Positions 59,995 to 64,000 of a stretch of DNA of 64,000 nucleotides are shown here, piece after piece. Source of the stretch: Candidatus Marinacidobacterales bacterium (GTDB taxonomy: Bacteria; Acidobacteriota; Vicinamibacteria; Marinacidobacterales; SMYC01); contig OZ250169.1 of assembly GCA_965237955.1 (NCBI GenBank), positions 5,248,001 to 5,312,000 on the forward strand, written 5' to 3'. Both the position numbers and the translations under genes were made by a program. The notes below the pieces were generated by a model. It saw nothing but the letters and a program-made list of their open reading frames with translations, had not been told where the DNA came from and made no database searches. Numbering within the stretch: position 1 is the first letter of the stretch; the number at the start of each line of letters is the position of its first letter.

Positions 59995-60300
59995 ATGCGT
60001 ATGTTACTCGATTGGGATATGCCACTCGAGCCGTTCAACACCATGGTCAAGAATGGGACCGCTGGGCGGACGCTCGAAAAAGTTCTGGGTGAGATCAAGC
60101 CCGAGGCGGTGTACTTCGCCGCGCGCAACGGAAAGCGCGGGGGGACGATGATCGTCGATTTACCGGATGCATCCGCTATCCCGAAAATCGCCGAGCACCT
60201 GTTCTTGGCGTTCGAAGCGTCGGTGCATTTTCATCCCTGCATGACGCCCGAAGACCTGGAGAAGGCCGGTCTGGACGATCTCGGCAAGGGCTATGCGTAA
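59995..60300 (+). CDS. Conserved small hypothetical protein (ferredoxin-like dimeric barrel)
   Basis: AGGAGG RBS; KPEAVYF...GKRGG...IPKIAE...PCMTPEDL. Confidence 0.7.
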   Translation: MRMLLDWDMPLEPFNTMVKNGTAGRTLEKVLGEIKPEAVYFAARNGKRGGTMIVDLPDASAIPKIAEHLFLAFEASVHFHPCMTPEDLEKAGLDDLGKGYA

Positions 60301-61795
60301 CGCGTTTTTCGCGGGCCTCATTGGCCTCTTTTGGGGGTGCGCCGCTGCTCCACGTGCGGCGCCCCCTACCGAGGACGAGCGCGGCGAGCTCCTCGAGCTC
60401 GTCGCGCGAGGCTACTACCCGGGACGAAGCGGCCAGATATTCTTTGTGCTCGAGCCCGGTGAAGTCTTTCTCAGAAAACCCATGGCCTTCTATCGCTTCA
60501 TGCATGGAAGTCCCTGGGAGTACGACCGCCACATCCCGATGCTCTTCTATGGGGCCGGCTTCATCACGCCTGGCGAGCACAGCGAGAGAGCTCACCAGCA
60601 AGATGTCGTGCCGACGCTGTTGTCACTTCTTGGCGTACCACCTGTGGCGACGATGTCCGGTCGTGCTCTCACGGCCATCGTTCGCGATCACGAGAAACCG
60701 CCACGCGTAGCCGTCATCATGGTGCTCGACGGAATGCGTGCGGACTACCTCGAGCGCTACGCGGACGTTATGCCCACACTCATGCGGATGCGGGAACAGG
60801 GGGCGTACTTCGATGATGCGTGGGTGAACTACGTGCCATCGGTGACGAGCGCGGGCCATGCCACCATCGGCACCGGCGCTGATCCGCGGGTGCACGGTAT
60901 CGCAGGCAACGGTTTCTACGATCGGACTCGAGGTGGAACGTTCACGTTGTTCGAAGGCCTTACACCGAAGAACGTGATGGTTCTTGGGCTCGCGGATGTG
61001 TGGAATCTTCGTACCGACGGCGAGGCGGTCATTATTACTCAGGGCACGACGTCCCGAGCTACAGTGAGTTTGGCAGGGCATGGCGCCTGCACGCCGAACG
61101 GTCGCGCCACGATCATGGCGATGTTCGACTACCGCGAAGAGGGCTGGGTCACGAACCGTGACTGTTTCCTCCTGCCCGACTACCTGCAAAGCGAAAACGC
61201 ACGCGAAATGTGGGAGCACGCCGGTGGGCGGTGGCGCGATCTGGACATCGACAACGGCCGCGTTTTTGTCATGACTCCTCTTCTACCCACGTTTCAAGTG
61301 GACGCCCTCGTTTCGATGATCGAGCGTGAAAGCGTTGGGAAGGACGACGTTACCGACCTCGTGCTCGTCAACTTCAAAACCCCCGACTATGTGGGCCACA
61401 ATTTCGGCCCGAAGTCCGACGAAATGAAGGAAACGCTCGAGGCGTTGGACGGCGAGCTCGCCAGAGTTCTCGGCGCACTCGACGCGGCCGCTGGTCGCGA
61501 TGGCTACGTCGTCGCGGTGACCGCGGATCACGGCATGCCCCCGGAGCCAGAGGGGGCCGGACACGCGCGTCGTTTCATTCGTGAGATGACGGCGGCGATC
61601 CACGAAAAGCTCGACCCTGAGAAGGAGCGACTCCTCTACGAATACCTCGATACCGCAAACCACCAACTCTATGTCGACGAACGGCGGATGGACGAGCTGG
61701 GCCTCGAGCTCGAGGACATCGCTTCTGTCGTCGAAAACCTCCCCTACGTACGTGCAGTGTTTACCGAGCACGAAGCCCGCCTGGCAGCTCATTGA
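60293..61795 (+). CDS. Alkaline phosphatase family (PafA/NPP-like) lipoprotein, circularly permuted
   Basis: VLDGMRADY, VTSAGHATIGTG, DYVGH, TADHG; HGSPWEYD lies N-terminal to these. Confidence 0.85.
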   Translation: MRNAFFAGLIGLFWGCAAAPRAAPPTEDERGELLELVARGYYPGRSGQIFFVLEPGEVFLRKPMAFYRFMHGSPWEYDRHIPMLFYGAGFITPGEHSERAHQQDVVPTLLSLLGVPPVATMSGRALTAIVRDHEKPPRVAVIMVLDGMRADYLERYADVMPTLMRMREQGAYFDDAWVNYVPSVTSAGHATIGTGADPRVHGIAGNGFYDRTRGGTFTLFEGLTPKNVMVLGLADVWNLRTDGEAVIITQGTTSRATVSLAGHGACTPNGRATIMAMFDYREEGWVTNRDCFLLPDYLQSENAREMWEHAGGRWRDLDIDNGRVFVMTPLLPTFQVDALVSMIERESVGKDDVTDLVLVNFKTPDYVGHNFGPKSDEMKETLEALDGELARVLGALDAAAGRDGYVVAVTADHGMPPEPEGAGHARRFIREMTAAIHEKLDPEKERLLYEYLDTANHQLYVDERRMDELGLELEDIASVVENLPYVRAVFTEHEARLAAH

Positions 61796-61895
61796 CGGCG
61801 ATGCCGTCAATGATGTAAGACTTCTGTCACGCGCGCGATAGACACATCTCTGGGGTCGCGCTAGCTTTCATTCTCCATCCTCAAGGAGGAGTGCC

Positions 61896-62771
61896 GTGAT
61901 ACCTGCCAGTTTCGACTACGCCCGTCCCAAGACCGTGGCCGAGGCGGTCTCGCTTCTCGGTGAAAACCCCGAGGCGAAGATCCTCGCCGGGGGACACAGC
62001 CTGATCCCGATGATGCGGTTTCGCATGGCCACGCCGGCGATGCTGATCGACATCAACCAGCTCGAGGACCTCTCGTACATCAAAGAAGACGGTGACTGGC
62101 TCGAGATTGGCGCGATGACGCGTGAGTCCGAGCTCGAGTCGTCGGACGTCATACAGAAAAAATACCCGCTTCTATCTGACACCGCCCGGGTTATCGCGGA
62201 CCCGTTGGTCCGTAATCTCGCGACGGTCGGCGGCAACATCGCTCACGGGGATCCCGCGAACGACCATCCGGCCACGATGCTCGCCTACGGCGCCGAGGTC
62301 ACGGCGGCAGGACCGAGCGGGGAGCGTACGATTCCCATCGGTGAGTTCTTCGTTGACGCGTTCACGACGGCGTTGAATCACGACGAAATCCTGACCGCGA
62401 TCCGAATCCCGCGTGCGGTGGCGTCGAGTGGCGGTGCCTATCTCAAGCTGGAGCGGAAAGTCGGTGACTACGCGACCGCCGCGGTGGCGGTGCAGGTAGT
62501 GATGGGCGGCGATGGCAAGGTCGCGACCGCCGGCATCGGGCTCACCAACGTCGGGTTGACACCGATCAAGGCGGGTGCCGCCGAGGATGCGCTGACGGGC
62601 GGCGCGCTCGACGACGACGCCATCAAGAAAGCCGCGGCGCTGGCCTCCGAGGCCGCGGAGCCCATCGAGGACCATCGCGGCTCGGAAGAGTACAAACGCC
62701 ATTTGGTGCGTACGCTGACGAGCCGAGCGCTCAAAAAGGCGCGCGAGCGCGCGGAAGGAGGTGCCTCGTGA
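61896..62771 (+). CDS. coxM: Aerobic CO dehydrogenase FAD subunit
   Basis: [47 protein letters not shown]. Confidence 0.88.
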   Translation: MIPASFDYARPKTVAEAVSLLGENPEAKILAGGHSLIPMMRFRMATPAMLIDINQLEDLSYIKEDGDWLEIGAMTRESELESSDVIQKKYPLLSDTARVIADPLVRNLATVGGNIAHGDPANDHPATMLAYGAEVTAAGPSGERTIPIGEFFVDAFTTALNHDEILTAIRIPRAVASSGGAYLKLERKVGDYATAAVAVQVVMGGDGKVATAGIGLTNVGLTPIKAGAAEDALTGGALDDDAIKKAAALASEAAEPIEDHRGSEEYKRHLVRTLTSRALKKARERAEGGAS

Positions 62772-63256
62772 GTACACACTCCATTACCTTGAAGCTGAAT
62801 GGTGAGGAGCACACCCGCGAAGTCGAAGCGCGCACGCTTTTGGTGCATTTCATCCGCGAAGATCTCAACCTCACCGGAACCCACATCGGCTGCGATACGA
62901 CGTCGTGCGGCGCGTGCACCGTGCTGATGGACGGACGTCCGGTCAAGAGCTGCACGGTGTTCGCGGTGCAAGCCGAGGGCGCCGAGATCACGACCGTCGA
63001 AGGATTGGCGACGAACGGAGACCTTCATCCGATTCAAGAAGGCTTCATGCAGGAGCACGGTCTTCAGTGCGGCTACTGCACGCCGGGGATGATGTTGACG
63101 TCCTCGGCTCTGTTGAAGGACAACCCGAGCCCGAGCGAGGAAGAAATCCGGTGGGGCATTTCCGGAAATCTTTGCCGATGTACCGGCTATATGAATATCG
63201 TGAAGGCGGTTCAGTACGCGTCTTCAAAGATAGCGGAGGGAGGTTCCAATGACTGA
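62768..63256 (+). CDS. coxS: Aerobic CO dehydrogenase 2Fe-2S subunit
   Basis: [30 protein letters not shown]. Confidence 0.88.
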   Translation: MSTHSITLKLNGEEHTREVEARTLLVHFIREDLNLTGTHIGCDTTSCGACTVLMDGRPVKSCTVFAVQAEGAEITTVEGLATNGDLHPIQEGFMQEHGLQCGYCTPGMMLTSSALLKDNPSPSEEEIRWGISGNLCRCTGYMNIVKAVQYASSKIAEGGSND

Positions 63257-64000
63257 ATGCCGCGGACTCGGACACTCCGTTCTTAGAAAAGAAGACCCAC
63301 GCTTCATCCGGGGAAGGGGGCACTATATCGATGACGTCAAGCTCCCGGGCATGCTCTATCTCGATATCGTGCGGAGTCCCTACGCCCACGCGACCATCAA
63401 GAGCATCAATGCGGAGAAGGCGCTCGCGACAGACGGTGTCGCAGCCGTGGTCACCGGCAAGGACCTCGATGAGCACGGCCTCGCATGGATGCCGACGCTC
63501 ATGAACGACAAGCAAATGGTGCTGCCGATCGAGAAGGTCAAATACCAGTCTCAGGAAGTCGCCGCCGTCGTCGCCACGAGCCGCTACGCGGCCGCAGATG
63601 GTGTCGCCGCCGTCGAGGTCGAATACGATCCGCTTCCGGTGGTGGTCGACCCGTTCGCAGCGCTCGAGGACGGCGCGACCAAAGTGCGCGACGACAAAGA
63701 CAGCAACCTCATCTGGCACTGGGAGACGGGGGACAAAGAAGCCACCGACAAGGTCTTCGAAGAAGCCGAGGTCGTCGTCGAGGAGAACATGTACATCCCT
63801 CGCATCCACGTCGCTTCGATCGAGACGTGTGGCTGCGTTGCGAGCTGGGATCCGGTGGAAGGCAAGCTCACGCTCTACATGACGACTCAAGCACCGCACG
63901 CGATCCGCACGGTGTTGGCTCTCGTCGCTGGGCATGTCGGCTTGTCGGAAGAGCGCATCCGCGTGATCTCGCCGGACATCGGCGGCGGTTTCGGCGGGAA
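63249..64000 (+). CDS. coxL: Aerobic CO dehydrogenase large subunit (partial, runs off the window)
   Basis: [45 protein letters not shown]. Confidence 0.85.
   Translation, partial: MTECRGLGHSVLRKEDPRFIRGRGHYIDDVKLPGMLYLDIVRSPYAHATIKSINAEKALATDGVAAVVTGKDLDEHGLAWMPTLMNDKQMVLPIEKVKYQSQEVAAVVATSRYAAADGVAAVEVEYDPLPVVVDPFAALEDGATKVRDDKDSNLIWHWETGDKEATDKVFEEAEVVVEENMYIPRIHVASIETCGCVASWDPVEGKLTLYMTTQAPHAIRTVLALVAGHVGLSEERIRVISPDIGGGFGG

Overview
High-GC bacterial chromosomal segment (roughly 60-65% GC by eye). It is most likely Acidobacteriota; this is an inference from an ADOP-permease C-terminus, eukaryotic-like Ser/Thr kinases with PD40 repeats, a VPS10/BNR protein and tandem DUF507 genes. Intact core loci are efp-epmA, pgk-tpiA-secG-tRNA-Leu(GAG), gap, a Kdo/lipid A/ADP-heptose LPS cluster (waaA-lpxK-lpxL-waaF-gmhB-hldA-hldC), tRNA-Asp(GTC), a cobalamin-riboswitch-controlled B12 uptake/salvage operon and the start of a coxMSL aerobic CO dehydrogenase operon. 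Accessory genes are heavily eroded by nonsense codons, indels and large internal deletions that fuse unrelated genes. Mobile DNA comprises two IS5(IS903)-type elements and four copies or remnants of a ~2 kb IS1182-family element carrying an AbrB/SpoVT-like passenger gene. The main candidate for something new is that this IS1182 element has inserted at the same base of a CTCCGTCnnGACGGAG palindrome twice, and possibly a third time; the palindrome lies upstream of and inside a DUF222-like HNH endonuclease gene. Other notable observations are a circularly permuted PafA-type alkaline phosphatase, two families of intergenic repeats, a cobT'/'cobC deletion scar and an extremely AT-rich palindromic tract upstream of hsp20. 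All calls were made by eye without database searches, and some single-base indels may be assembly errors.
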